From Calcarisporiella thermophila CBS 279.70 (taxonomy: Eukaryota > Fungi > Calcarisporiellomycota), in contig NW_027192200.1 in NCBI RefSeq assembly GCF_041956535.1, positions 453,477 to 517,476 of the forward strand: a DNA stretch of 64,000 nucleotides, in the 5' to 3' direction. A model generated the notes under the pieces. It was not told the origin of the DNA, did no database searches, and saw only the letters and a list, made by a program, of their open reading frames with translations. Positions 50,560 through 64,000 of the stretch are shown one piece after another (within the stretch, counting starts at the first letter, position 1; every line of letters begins with the position of its first letter). A program made the translations under genes and the position numbers.

Positions 50560-53166
50560 TTACCAAAGCAAGCATTTCTTTTTCGGATTCATTGGGGATC
50601 CTATTGGACATTTCCAAGCACGTGCGAATTCTGCCGAGTTCATTGCAACTCCATTGACTCGGAACTCATCAGGAGAATGCTCGTCTGTAAGTACTTGCTG
50701 TAGCCGCATCTCTGGGGAAGTGTACCCGCAGTGATAGCGAACTCTCGCAATGAAGAAAAGTTGCTCAGGTGTATAGTAATCTAGCCCTGGCAGTAATTTA
50801 TCTTGCCGGTTGGATTGGAGGTTTTTTTTCCATGCTAGATATGCTTGTAGTATTCCACCATTGTCTGCGATATCCTCGCTGAGAGTGTTCAGACCGTCTA
50901 GAGCAACAGCGCTACCATTGGGTGCACGAATTGTAAAATTAGAGTATTGATCAACGAAACACTGGGCTTTCCTCTCAAAATTGCGTGATGCTTCTTCACT
51001 CCACCAGTTTTGCACTGCACCTAGACTGTCGTATTTGCGGCCTAAATTATCAAACCCGTGCTGTTACAGATCGAATAGTTAGAAAGGGTTAGAAGGTAAA
51101 CTTTTCAATATGAAGGATGGCTACATACTGTTATCTCATGACCGATCACACCTCCTACTGCGCCATAATTGATATATGAAGGTAGATCTATATGGAAAAA
51201 CGGTGCTTGAGCAATTCCAGAGGGTATAGCCAAATGAGCAATACTTGGCCACTAAAATACACCACCATGAAATATAGTTTAAAAACTTCATATCTCTTAA
51301 AATTGAAAGAAAAATAACCCTCACATAGTAAGCGCCAACTTGGTAGGAAACCATCTCCCAAATATATCTATCCGGTACTTTTCCTAATAGCTGAACAAAC
51401 TTATTGAATTTGAAAGCCCGCCCTGAGATTCCCGTGGCCAGATAATCTTCATTATGAGCGGTGAAATTGGCATAGTAACTCTGCAAACTACTCGGGGACA
51501 TCACGTCAGGAGACTTTGATGGGTAGCCAGCCATAGCCTTAATCTTTAGTGCTTTTGTAAGGGCATTCGCGCGTGTCTGGTCATCAAGCCAATCGAGATG
51601 TGGAAGATTCTGGATAAATGTTTGACGAATGTTTTCAAGCATCTCCATAAGAGCATGCTTTCCACTTGGACCAAAGTGGCGTATAGCAAAATAGCGGGCC
51701 GGTATATGCCAAATAGCATTGCTCACTTCACCTATACAAGTGCGCCAACGCGGTGCAGTGATCCCTGATTTCGTACCCGAGAGTATCTCGTTTAGCTTGT
51801 GCAGAGGCTTCCTCTGTTTTTCAGGGAGATAATTTGCATATTCACTGATAATTCGCCAAAGTAAGAATGCTTGGAGCGTGTAAGCAGGGGTGTTTGTAAC
51901 AATCAAAGATAAATTGCCAATATAATCCGGCCAACCCACAACTACATCGACGTTTAAAGGTGTGGGACTAACATTTGCATAAAGATGTTTAAAATGACTA
52001 TCCCAATCAAGAATAGGAGCCAGTTGCTGAAGCATCGTGGTGTTCATCAGGTTGTATGTAAAACTAGGATTATCCTTCTGCTGCCTAAAAAATAAATAAA
52101 AAATAAAAAATCATTAGGAAAAGAGTTTGGAAGATAAAAAAGATCGGGTTTAATGCTTACGGTGCCAGAGTATGTTCTATCAATTGTTTTTCAAAGCCAA
52201 TAATGTGTCTTGAAATAATGCTCCAAATTTTCGGGTCGAACTTTGGTTCATCGGGCCATATTGTCACATCCTCCATAAGTTTCAAAAATGTTTCCGCGAT
52301 TGCGGTGCTATATGCGTTTACCATAGTCTCGTTCTGATAAAATGATAACGCTGGCAGCCCAAACCTTGGTTGAAGTAGCCATAATCTGGTGATGTTTACA
52401 TCCATCCAAGGCTCATATTGGAAGAGTGCATTAACACCATAGTTAGCCAACAACCCTAACACATATCCCAATCTACTCTTTGTGACTTTATCATCGTCTA
52501 CGGAGAATTTCGCTACGTCTCCGCTGAAGTAGTCAGGCAAAGGTCGAGGAAGAGGAAATCCCTTTAACACAAGATTCAGCACGGGAATCATTTTATTCGC
52601 ATCCTCTTCATTAGAAGAAGACCGCATGCACACATCGTAGACCGCTTTGGCCTTTTCAAACACTTCTCTGTCACTACGCTCTTCAACTTGGGATAACCCG
52701 CTAACACCAATATTTTCGTAATCTCCCTCCAAGATGTCTCGAATCGCCAAAAGATTCTCTTTCTGCACTTCATCCATTACTCTCCACTTGGACGAGTCGG
52801 GAGGGATCCGATGCTGCTCATTGAATCTTCCACACACGAAAGTATAAAAATCGTCACAAGGCGAGGCTGATGAGTTGAGGTCTCGGAGAATACCAGCAGC
52901 GGTTTCAAGACAGACTGGTTCTGTGCAATATTCCTGATATTATATAGTTTCATCAGGAGCATATACAACAAAAAAACTCCAACACATTGATAATAATGCT
53001 TTACTTTAATAAAAGGGCGAGGAAATCTCAAGTAAAACAAGTTGAAAAACCCGAGTGTCGACAATACCAGTATGGCTATAGGGAACCGTTTCCTATATCC
53101 TTTTAGCGACTGTTGATATTGACAAACTATATCATTGTCCTGAGGTTTTTCCTTTATCACCCTCAT
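50560..53166 (-). CDS. M13 metallopeptidase (neprilysin/endothelin-converting enzyme-like), type II membrane
   Basis: PCDDFYTFVCG, RWRTC, GHEIT|HGFD (HExxH split by an intron), TLSEDIADNGG, HSPDEFRVNG, CPIGSPMNP..KC.LW. Confidence 0.93.
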
Positions 53167-54191
53167 GGCGAACTAATAGAGAATAGATAGGAAATCTCTT
53201 GGCTCTTTACACTATTTAACTTATTTTTAAAAAGTGAGTAAATATCTGAGATTGGTCGGAATAGAAAAGCTACTACTGTATGTTACATCCCCGCAAACCT
53301 TTTCATCCCAAGTTTTTTATGACCAGAGATACAATAATTATCCATCACGAATATTCCACGTTAATCTCATCATTGGTTAAATCGATGCACTATCGCTCGA
53401 TGATGGACATTTATGGTAAAATGGTTAGATTAATATTCAATCTCAACGCGGCTATTGGACAAACCAATTTACTAAGCCTTATCAATCTTAAAATGCCATT
53501 GAAAACGAAAAGTTAGTTTCAGCTCTTCTTAATCTCTTTTTGGGTGCTTAGAAAATGAATGGCCCTTTCTCTAGCAGAACGAATCGACGTATTAAGAGCG
53601 TAAATATATTACTGATAAGCCGACTGAGTTCTCCGGATAATGTTATGAATCGTAAAGAATGTGGCCCACTTATTTGAAATATCAGTTGAACCTCAAGAAG
53701 GTTGCGTGGAAATACGAGATTTTTGCAGGAGTTTTGGATCTAAGTAGAAGGCTGATTTGAAGAATGAGGGCGGAAATAGTAGATTGACACACTATCCCTC
53801 GTTTAAACTCTAACTTTTACCTTCAATGCATCTTCATATCCAACGGCTTGGCAATAATACCAGTAGCTATTAAGCTCCAGATTATAGGATATCACGAAAT
53901 TTAGGGTGAGTATTTCATGGAAAGTGTAAAGTTGGTATTAATAAAAACAGGAAGCATTTTATGTCAGATTAAGGTGCTCTACAAATAGGGGGGGGGGGGA
54001 AATATCGATTAGATAAAGAAGTTAAGAATAATAAAAAAGTTCAAACAATTATACATATAGAAGAGAGAAAGTAGAGGAGGGAAATGAAAGATGAACGCGT
54101 ACAACACGAGGGAAAAAAAACAATAGAATCAAATTAAAAAAAAAAAAGAAAGCAAAAGCATAGATATAAACAAGGCAAGTCAACACTAATC

Positions 54192-56480
54192 CTACTCCAT
54201 CATGTCGTAGTTTCTATATACATCTTGTCCAGCACTTCTCCCTCCTTGATCATCATCCTCGTCGTCATCAGCCTCTTCCTCTTCATCATGTAGTTTTTCA
54301 ATTGCATCTCTCACCAAATGCGACATCTTCGGATTCAGATCAAGAGCCCAGGTAAAGTGGGATAATGCTTTTGTCCGCTCTCCGAGCTGTTTATATAGCT
54401 TTCCAAGAAGGAAATAAACATTCGCTTCCTCGGGAGCCAGGTCTTTGAGCGTCTCAAGCTCACGTAATGCCTCAGAATACCGTCGCATCTTGATCAGCAC
54501 TTTGGCCTTTTTGAATAACACAATCGCGCTCTCCGAGTTGATCCGACTTGCAGCGTTGTAGGTTGAGAGCGCATCGGAAAGATAATTTTTTTGCTCTTGC
54601 ACCATTCCGATGCAAGAGACCAGCACCGCGTTTGCCGGGTTGATCTCCACTGCACGACGGAAATGGTAGTCTGATTGCTCACATTTGCCGAGTTTTGAGT
54701 AAACCATTCCAAGGCCAAACCTGCGCATCAGCAACAAATTAGATAGTTCTATAACAAAAAGAATCCCTTGTAAACATTACCATGCATTATAGTGGCGATT
54801 ATCTGCACGGATAGCTGAGCGGAAGGAAGTCTGAGCGCGGTCATAATCTTCTATAGACATGTATTCGTGACCAGAAAGTGTGTGCGCGTACGCGAACTGT
54901 GGGTCGATTTGAATTGCTCGTCGGAAGCATTTGACGGCCATGTCGTGCTCCTTTTTTAAGCTGAAGCAATTTCCCACTGCACACCAGGCTTGTGGAGACA
55001 ATCGGTCGAATTCCACCAATTCATGTGCCAAATAGCTCAGTGCTACATCTTTGCGCAAATGCCAAAGAAGGGTGGAGTAAATCTCCATATCAGCGAGGCG
55101 GTGCGGTTCAAGTTCGCGTGCACGATCAAAATTGCGCTCTGCTGCCTGATAGTCGACCATTTCAAAATAGGCCTTTCCAATTTGACACATGACCCACCCT
55201 GTGTTCAACTGTGCCGGTACGACGCTCGAGAAGGTTTCAATCGCCTGTTTACACTGATACCGTGCTAGCTGACATCTTCCTATGGCAAGTATTCGAATCG
55301 TATCGATAAGCTGGTAAACGACTGCTTTTTCTTGTGAGCTAGGCTGGCTTTCGGTAGGAGCTGGGTCAAGTATTTTTTTTCTTAGGTGTGTTGCCGTTAC
55401 ATCTGATGAAGAATCCTGCTGCTGTTTATGGATAAAGGTGAGCTTTGAATTTGGTATTATTATAGTGAACATTCAGTTGCCTTTGCTTCTGAAATCTGCA
55501 CGCTTCTTAGTACGTTAGTTTGGGCTGTTGGGTTGACGCGACCAGTTATTCGGGTTCTCTTCTTCTCTCTATTTGAAATAGGAATGCCAGAGGGTTGCGA
55601 TACCTTCTGCGACTCGGATAACCGAGTGCTTCGACGAACTCCCATTGAAGATGAATTATCTGAAGGTTGTGGTTTTTGAGGCTAAATGTGGCAGAAAACA
55701 CGAGTGAATAATCATAGACTATTTGAAATTCTCGAATAATCATACTCTTAATACATTAGTATTAGATTTTCGTTTTACCATCTCATTGCCATTCTTCAAC
55801 GAATACTCTTCCAAGAGTGGTTTCAAATGATCATCAGGATTAGCAGGTGCTCCTAATTCGGATAAATGATTGAAATTTAAAAATTGTCAAGAAAACAAAC
55901 CCCCAAACAGTAAATCCTACTCACCCAACTGACATAGAGCATCGTAAGCTTGCCACAGCATAGGATTTAGTGAAAGTGCGCTTCGAAAATATCTGATTGC
56001 TTGTTGTGTTCGATTTGATTTTTGACACAACATGCCCAATAAACAATACACTGAAGCTTCATCAGGTATCTTGCACCTTGTGCGTTCGCTCTCCCGCATT
56101 CCCTCCAAAGCTGTGCTTCCGCTTGCATTTTCTGCGACGTCTAGACCCACTAATAGCTGTGCCAGTACCTCTTCTCCTTCCTGAAATTTTTCAAGCTCTA
56201 AACAGCAGCGCGCAAACAGATAACGACACGCGGCGCTACGTGCATTTTGTAGTACAAAATGGGCGGCACAAACTTGCCCTGCGCGAAAATAGCATGTCGC
56301 CAGTAAAAACACGTACTCTTCATTGGTTCGGTCGTATGCGTGTAAGCGTTCGGCATAGAAAATGGCATTCGGGAAAAGATGGTGATCAAGGCTATGATGG
56401 ATCATACCCTTAAGAAGCGAGGAGGATTGCACTGGTAATGGAGATGCATTGAGGGAGAGTAGTGGGGGTAATGTGTTCAT
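54192..56480 (-). CDS. CDC27: Anaphase-promoting complex subunit 3 (Cdc27/Nuc2), TPR protein
   Basis: NAIFYAERL, MEIYSTLLWHL, SPQAWCAVGNCFSL, FAYAHTLSGHE, RHYNAWFGLG. Confidence 0.95.
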
Positions 56481-56844
56481 TCCTTAGCTTCTTAGTGTGA
56501 AGGTGATTTCTTTGTTTGATGGAGGTGAACGCGTATTGCACAAACTCAAGAATTCTTTCCTTGGTGTTAGGTGGCTTGTCACTTTGTCATGACTAGGCGT
56601 ATAATAAACGTAGATCCGCACGATTGGACAAAGGTACAGTTTTTAGCTTAAAGTTTCAGTCCTTGTTCTGGCATCCTTCTTTATAAAAGACTTACATTAC
56701 TCTAAGACCTGTCCCGGGAAGATAACCTACACTCTACCATTCATTTCTTGCTTAGTTTCTTAATCTCCTGTCACAACTTTTACTCCACATTCTCTCGCCA
56801 TTTTTTCGTTTAATCCTCTGTGGCCTCCACATTTAGTGAAAGAT

Positions 56845-58747
56845 ATGTCGAAAAGTACCCACCTCTCCCCCCCCAATGGCCACAGTAAAAACCGATCCCC
56901 CTCTCCCAGATATGGGTCAAAGAAGAGAAGACAAAACGGCAAAATACCCTATCACACTTCCGAGAAAGTTAGACCCAATGGAAAACATGCTTCTGTAGAA
57001 ACAACTCCATCTGCCTCAGAATATATAACACAGCAAAATGCTCTGTCCCGTACTGATTTCTGGAATATAGTGCTGCTTGTAGTATTATGTAAGATGATGT
57101 CTTTCTGTATACCATCATATTAAGAGCTCTAATTCTGAAATCTTACTCTATCCTTTAGATCTATTGCAGGGTGTCCCTGTTGGTTTGACTTTTGGATCCA
57201 TTCCATTCCTGCTTAAACTGAAGGCATCTTACTCGGAAATTGCTGTGTTCTCTCTGGCTTCCTGGCCATATTCGCTTAAGCTTCTCTGGTCGCCCATTGT
57301 AGATGCAACGTACTTTCCACGGTTTGGTCGGCGCAAGTCATGGATTGTGCCTATTCAGCTGTTGACTGGTTTGATCTTTTTGTGGCTCGGGATGAATGTG
57401 GACCACTACATGGCCCAGGAAGAAATCAACGTACAATTTCTGACGATCCTCTTTTTTGTGCTTATTTTCTTCTGTGCGACGCAAGACATCGCGGTTGATG
57501 GATGGGCTCTTACGCTCTTAAGCGAGGGAAACCTGTCTTATGCATCAACGGCACAAACGATTGGAATCAATACGGGCTATTTCCTTTCATTTACTGTATT
57601 TCTTGCATTTAATTCGGCGGAATTTAGCAACAAATACTTCCGCAGTTTTCCCAAGGACACTGGTGTGTTAGGGCTGGGATCCTACATGGTGATGTGGTCG
57701 GTGATGTATATTGCTGTAACATTATGGTTGATAATCGCTAAAAAAGAGGGGCAAGAGGCGGGCAAAGAGGATGACAAAGAGTCGATGAACATCAGGGGGG
57801 TGTACAACATCATCAAAAACATTTGTAAACTTCCCCGTAAGTGAAAAGTTAGTGTCTTCATTTCGGTAGCCTAGGCTAACCAAGCATTCTCCCCTGATAG
57901 ACATGCAATCATTTATCATCTTGTTATTGATTGCAAAGATTGGCTTCATTTGCAACGATACAGTAACCAGCCTCAAATTACTCGAGAAAGGGTTCCGAAA
58001 AGAAGATCTTGCGCTTGCTGTGTTGATCGATTTCCCCATTCAGATTATTGCGGGCTATTATGCGGCTCGCTGGAGCTCGGGCCCACGACCTCTTCGCCCA
58101 TGGCTATATTCCTTCTACGGTCGTCTTGTTTTCGCACTCGTCGGAATGCTTGTTGTTTACATCTATCCCGCTGATGGAAAAGTGACACCTACTTATTTTG
58201 CTCTAGTGATTGCAAATACTGTGCTGTCATCCTTTATGAGCACGGTGCAGTTTGTTAGCATTTCCGCATTCATGACATCCATTGCTGATCCAGTCATTGG
58301 CGGAACCTACATGACACTACTGCAAACATTTAGCAACTTTGGTGGGACTTGGCCAAAATACTTTGTGCTGAAAGCAGTAGACTACTTTTCGGTTGCGACC
58401 TGTCATGGAGTCGAGCAAGGTAAAGTATCTCTAACTAATGCAGGCTTAATTGGCATCGCTGTCCGTCTCTCATCGACTGGGGCAGTAAATGTTACAAAGT
58501 CTTTCGGAGAGTAAATTTATGAATTAATATAACTTTAGGCTATTCCTGTGTATCCGAGCACGACAAGCAACGATGCCTTTCCGAAAATGGCCAGTGTGAA
58601 ATATCTCGTGATGGCTTCTATTACGCAGGAACCCTCTGCGTCGTTCTAGGTGCGATTTTGCTGTTGAGTTATGTGCAGCCGCGCACACGTTACCTCGAAA
58701 AGTTGCCTATATCGAAGTGGCGTTTAGCTTCAAATAAACAGGCTTGA
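56845..58747 (+). CDS. SLC33A1: Acetyl-CoA transporter (Acatn/AT-1)
   Basis: LQGVPVGL, WPYSLKLLWSPIVD, GRRKSWI, ATQDIAVDGWALT, DPVIGGTYMTLL.T.SNFGGTWP, DGFY. Confidence 0.94.
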
Positions 58748-58883
58748 TTTTTTTGCGAATGCATTTTTTTTTTCTTAGGAACACTAACTATATTTTTATA
58801 TGGACTTTTGTGTACACCTGATGTTAGAGAAATATAAATGAAATAAATCTACTATTTAGTAATAACTTTTGTGCCATCTGTTT

Positions 58884-59548
58884 TTACTCTTCCTTTTCCG
58901 GGACAGGATCGCTAGCATTTGCTCTCGCGCCCGAATCCAACCCCTTTAATTTCAGTAGTTCGTCTTCGCTTCGCACAACTTCACTGAGCAACTCGTACGT
59001 CTTATTGAGGATCAATGAAAGCAAGAGAGCGATTCCAGTGAGATAAATATTGCGTTCAGCATAAAACTTCAAAGTGATGATAGTGGTGATATCTTTTGCA
59101 GACGGCAGGCCGTGGATTTCATGTGGAGCTTCTGCATTCTCTGTAAGCATCCACCACTTGGAAACCGCATCTATAAAGTAGTGAAAGGTGGATAGTGGTT
59201 TGAGCTAGAGTACAACGTGGAATTGTTAGCGGGGCCTTACCGATGAACAGGATAAACGTAAAGCTTAACAAGACATAAATTAATTCTCTCTCGAAAAAAA
59301 AATTCAAGACCAGAGCTTACTTACACATGAGCAACCTTCAACCAGTACCATGTTTTAGCCGCAATGGATGACTCGTGCATTGTACGTAGTAATCTCTTTC
59401 TCAATTGAACGGGCATGGGCGACTGTTGAAAATTAAATGGATTAGTGTGTTATGATTAAATGTTGAAAGATGTAAATACAATCAAAACACAGAAGAAGGC
59501 GATTTCGGCCATGAGCAGCACAAAGCAGATTGTGTAGTGAAAGGTCAT
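58884..59548 (-). CDS. BCAP31: BAP31/BAP29 (Yet3-like) ER membrane protein
   Basis: MTFHYTICFVLLMAEIAFFCVL; FILFIDA; KFYAERNIYLTGIALLLSLIL; followed by a short coiled coil. Confidence 0.85.
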
Positions 59549-60134
59549 TATAGTGGACTGTTTTGTAATTTTATAATTTTTTCCAACCTCATTCGAACCT
59601 CTTATAATAAAAGAGTCCTGGCGTAAATCTGTATACCCGCGGTGGCAAATCATGGCGGAGGGTAGTCACGTGAGCTGTGGCAAAAGGATGCGGCATTCAC
59701 AGTAAGTTCTGTATGCAAGCTCAGTATTTGCTTTGGCTTGCTCACAGTCGTACATGGTATACCTAGAATGGTTTCGTCATAGTTGGGGGCGAAAATGCAC
59801 GTCTGCACGATAGATACTAAAATCGGTTCAAGAACTTTCCTTAAGAACGCGATACTCTGTATGAAGCCATTATCTTTGAATTGGCCAGGTTGGAGAAGGT
59901 CGTTCACTTGACTTTCTGAACTTTCATAACATCCGGATATGGAATATCTAATAAATTTTGAGTTAGTAACTTGGAGTGAGAAATAGCTGCGTTTTATTTA
60001 ATTTGATTTTGTCCGCCTCCATAATTTCCGTTCGTTTAGGCCATCTCCTGTTTCCACCTCATTCAATTTCCCCTTTTTTCCCCCCGTATTCTTTAATTTT
60101 CACACGGCTGATATAGAAAATACCCCTAATAGCT

Positions 60135-61951
60135 ATGTCGAATAACAGAATCACCATGAGCAGGGATCGGCTGGCTGAATTGCGAGTATGTTTCCATCAT
60201 CATTTTTTTCCTTACTCTTAGCTAACATATTATTTTATGTTCTTTTATTTCCCAGGCCAATACGGGATAGTAAGTATCCATTTTTCCTTAAGGAGAGTTC
60301 ATCAAGTTTAATCTGTTTATTTTTCAGCGAGCATCCTGAGCCTCTGCCACCAATGCCAACCGCCCCCGTTTCATCATACCGCCAACCTCCTATACCCTCC
60401 TATCGCCAAAATTATTACGAAGATTACGCAGACCCCCGGCAATCTCCTCATAATGACAATCATTCACCATACTACCAGCAAGATTACCTGCCACGCTATC
60501 AACAAAGATACCATCAACAAGTACCTCAAAATCCGCCCGCCCGCATTCAACATCATCAGGTATCTCCTGACCACTATTCTCGCAGTGAGCCTCCTCAGAG
60601 AAACCGGCACCATAATCCTAATCCTCAAAATTATGAAATGGGAGAGCGGAGTCCAGGCAAGGATAATATGCAAGCGTTTTTCAACGAGGTAAAGCTAAGT
60701 ATTGGACGTAAATTTCCTGAATCTCATTAAAATATTCTGGGCTGCTCGCTAGGTGGAAGATATCAAAATTGCAATTAAGGAAATTAATGAAGATATATCG
60801 CGTGTCGATGAGCTTCATAGCGTGTCACTGGACACCGTTGATCCTAAACAAGGTGAGTGGGTGCGCCAGCAGTTGGACGCATTATTGGCGCAAATCAAGC
60901 GAAAGAACGCGAAGCTAAAGGAGAAAATTAAATGTAAGCACTACTTCTCCAACTCTGAAACTAGACGCGTATAATGACAATTATAATGAAATAGCGATGG
61001 AGATCGAAAATGCAAAGATGAAAGATTCCGGTGACTTACAAATACGAAAGACTCAAGTAATTACCAAGCTTTTTTTTTCTATATATCGACACGTAAACTT
61101 ATATTATGCCGTGTTGCAAACTAAATAATTAAAATAGCATGCAAATCTAAAAAAGAAATTTATGGAGACCATCCGAAGATTCCAGGATATCGAGCACACA
61201 CACCAGGGAAGATATCGAATGCGTATCGAGCGACAAATTCGAATTGGTAATTCTATTAAAATCACTTATAAAAATATCTTTTGTCTCACCTATTTATTTT
61301 GTCATCCTCTCCAGTTAAACCAGAGGCAACAGAAGAAGAGGTTGAGGCTATCATGGACTCGGATCAAGCAGAGCAAATATTCTCTCAATCGGTTAGTCCA
61401 AGTTTATGTCTCACTTGTGCGATAGAGTTTTCGCATATTCACCTTTGCAATTCAATTGAATTACGTGTTATCTAGGTACTACAATCCAATCGTTCAGGAC
61501 AAGTTCGGGCGGTTCTCTCTGAAGTCCAGAATCGCCACGATGATATTAAAAAGATCGAGAAGACTATATTGGTACGTCATCTCAATTGAGCTTGTGTCTG
61601 TTCTTTTTCTTTATAGATATTTCCTCTCTAGGAATTACATGCTCTCTTCCAAGACATGTCCCAACTGGTTGAACAGCAAGCTGAAGTCATCAATGACATT
61701 GAGCAATACGCAGACACCGCCGTCCTTAATATAGAGGCCGGAACAAAAGAGATGGACATTGCTGTGGTGAGCGCACAAAAAGCCCGCTCAAAGAAGAAAT
61801 GGTGTTTTCTACTACTGGTTATCTTGTTGATTGTTGTTGGAGTAGTGGTGTACTTCCAAGTAATTGATCCGATGCTTGTAAGTAATGTTTTCCACGGATA
61901 TCCCTATTGATATTTATTAACCATATTCCAATGTAGAAAGCGAAGAAGTGA
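60135..61951 (+). CDS. SSO1: Plasma-membrane syntaxin (Qa-SNARE)
   Basis: MSRDRLAELR, FFNEVEDIK, RIERQIRIVKPEATEEEV, EVQNRHDDIKKIE, LFQDMSQLVEQQ, ARSKKKW plus TM helix; includes a 14-nt microexon at 60256-60269. Confidence 0.93.
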
Positions 61952-62175
61952 AGAAGGGAACTTTTTTTATTCACACTTGACAATATGCTATCATTTCTTT
62001 AATTTCCTATACGGACGCTTTTAATGCTTTCTTTAGTAACCTTTAATGTTTGTGAGATTTTCTCCAGTCAGAAGATTCCCCTACCCATTATCCTACTGTA
62101 ATTTTGTAATCATCATTGAGCTTGCTTTTCTAGTATTACAATTCTTTCTTATATATGAACCTCTTGGGTTTTGTA

Positions 62176-62646
62176 TCAACTCATGTTTGCTTTTAATTTG
62201 GATCTTATTTGTTCTTCTGTGAGTTGAGAGCCACCTATTCTTACCGTCTTTTCGCGGGACTTGTGGCCAGCTATGAGACTAATGTCGGTTTTTCTTGCCC
62301 CAAGCACCTAATATGGAGATTAGTATATATGCAGAAGAGAGTTGTGATAACCTAAATACCTCAGCTAGAAACACTAAAACTTCCTTGTTCGCTTCACCAT
62401 CTCTAGGTGGAGCAGCGATCTACCAACTTGCACCTATTAACCATTGCTTCTCTTTGCCAAATTACTTGAATTTCTTACTTGGATAGAGACAAGGTCGCCT
62501 ATCTCAACTACCTGCGACGCACGAGCATTTGGCTTCACTTGGAGACGAATGTTTACACCTTCCTTTGTTGTTTGTATAGCATCTTGAATGGCTTCGCTCT
62601 GACTTTGGCTTGGAATGAAGGAGGCGGTATTTGGCTTCTTGACCAT
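62176..62646 (-). CDS. UPF0235/DUF167 (YggU, C15orf40-like) protein, 3 exons
   Basis: IRLQVKPNAR, IAAPPRDGEANKEV, ISLIAGHKSREKTV. Confidence 0.9.
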
Positions 62647-63026
62647 TCTGGATTTATGGCGGTGGTGAAGAATTATAGAAAGTAGCTGATAGCGTATGAA
62701 GAAATATTAGCTCAAAATTATGGGAGGAATTAAAAAATCGAATTTTACCTGCCTTCTCACCGGCCAAGTTCCATTTACAAACATATAGCAATTCAACTAG
62801 TCCGCTTTCAATGATAAACCTCGATATAGCTCGAACTCTAGAGAGGATTTGATATGATGACGTCATAAGGATTTTGGGCTTTAAAAATGAATTCGCCCTT
62901 GGCCCTACGTTCTGTTCCTCCTCAGTCTCTAGTGTCAATCCATCATCGGTATGTGTAGTTTTTGTTGAATGACAATCGTATCTGTTTATTCATCCATCCT
63001 GTATCATCTTATCCTTTGTATAGACA

Positions 63027-63170
63027 ATGAGAGCCAAGTGGAAGAAGAAGCGTCAAAGGCGTCTTAAGCGCAAGAGAAGAAAGATGCGCGCTCGTTCTAA
63101 GGTAAAGTTCTTTTTCAACGCTCCATACTTTTACGCCTAGGTCCTTACCCTTTGCTTTCCACTTTAGTAA
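63027..63170 (+). CDS. RPL41: 60S ribosomal protein L41 (eL41), 25 aa
   Basis: MRAKWKKKRQRRLKRKRRKMRARSK; intron 63102-63167 immediately precedes TAA; 5'-UTR intron at ~62949-63023. Confidence 0.96.
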
Positions 63171-63888
63171 ACGAGTAAATGACCGCGCCCAAGGATGATA
63201 CCGGCCGTCTCCTTATTCATTTCGAAGTGGTCATGCTTCATCCCCTTCACCATCTTGGAATCAGCGTCATGAAGAAGAACATGGCCGGAGTTTGACTTTT
63301 TGAACTCTAAGCTGGTGCAGGAATAATAAAAACTTGTTTTTGTATAATTTTCGAACAGTGCATCCCTATTGAAAGAATAAGCAACACCCCCCTTACCAAG
63401 GGTTCACATCTGAGCTAACCTTAAAAAAATACTCTCATTTTTTCACACAAAATAATCTAATCGTTTGGTAAGCATTGATTTCAAAAGGTAACGAGCGACT
63501 CAGATGGGGTGCCTTGTATTTATGAAGAAGGCACTCGCATAAACCACACACTTCCCAGTACGCTTGTTGGGAAAATAGGAGGAGGCTCTCAATTTTTCTT
63601 GAACTGCACGGACAGTTGCTAAATATTTTGTGACTCGAATCCTCGCACAAATTTCAATCTCTTTTTCCCTCATTTTTTCCTTTCTTCTCCTGTAGTTGGA
63701 CATTCTTCATTTTTCTTTTTTTTTCTTTCATCCCATTCTCTTTCTTTATTTTTACATAACATTTTAACTTATTTATATATTTTATCATTATTCCCATCTT
63801 TAAACACAGCCCTTTTTTCTCAGCCCTAATTGCGTTGATTGATCCTTTCATTATTTGCCCAATCTTTTTATTTCTTTTTTGTTAAACT

Positions 63889-64000
63889 ATGTCATCTACC
63901 CACCACACCAACGGTCACCACCATGGAAACAACCACCCTCGCCGCCAAGGTCACTACCAACAACCAATGAACGGCTCAGGTAACGAAAATCGCGGCCATC
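63889..64000 (+). CDS. Probable 5' start of a gene running out of the window (His/Asn-rich N-terminus)
   Basis: ATG after a T-rich leader; frame MSSTHHTNGHHHGNNHPRRQGHYQQPMNG... stays open to the window end with codon-like composition. Confidence 0.45.
   Translation, partial: MSSTHHTNGHHHGNNHPRRQGHYQQPMNGSGNENRGH

Noticed and set aside
59650-59907. 85-codon ORF between BAP31 and syntaxin
   Set aside because: Non-ATG start, located in a divergent promoter region, and no recognisable homology.
3777-61951. Functional cluster of trafficking genes (CHC1, SNC1, BAP31, SSO1) or RNA-processing genes
   Set aside because: They are dispersed among unrelated genes, these classes are common, and I see no shared regulatory motif.

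Overview
Gene-dense, intron-rich eukaryotic DNA with short GT-AG introns (mostly ~55-110 nt). The gene set (CNOT11, Ars2/Serrate, METTL25, SREK1/SRSF11-like, DUF1647, M13 peptidase, CAT-type permease, PAS-GATA factor) suggests an early-diverging, non-Dikarya fungus; this is inference. About 25 protein-coding genes are supported, including clathrin heavy chain, synaptobrevin, syntaxin, BAP31, CDC27, an acetyl-CoA transporter and RPL41, plus two tRNA genes and two oxidoreductase pseudogenes. Two things stand out. (1) At 47.3-49.6 kb, each of two tRNA genes (Met-CAT, Ser-GCT) has a head-to-head retroelement about 90-100 bp upstream. Both elements start with the same ~140-bp module (anticodon-less tRNA-like head plus core) but carry different tails. 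One is a complete ~350-bp SINE with poly(A) and an 18-23 bp target-site duplication. The other is fused to ~800 bp of a LINE ORF2 3' end. A second truncated LINE lies between them. This looks like a tRNA-gene-targeting, modular SINE/LINE system. (2) At 33.5-34.2 kb there are two tandem 29-codon micro-genes, absent from the ORF track, encoding a stand-alone C-x2-C-x13-H-x-C zinc-finger-like peptide; most of their differences are synonymous. All calls come from reading the sequence by eye; no database searches were run.
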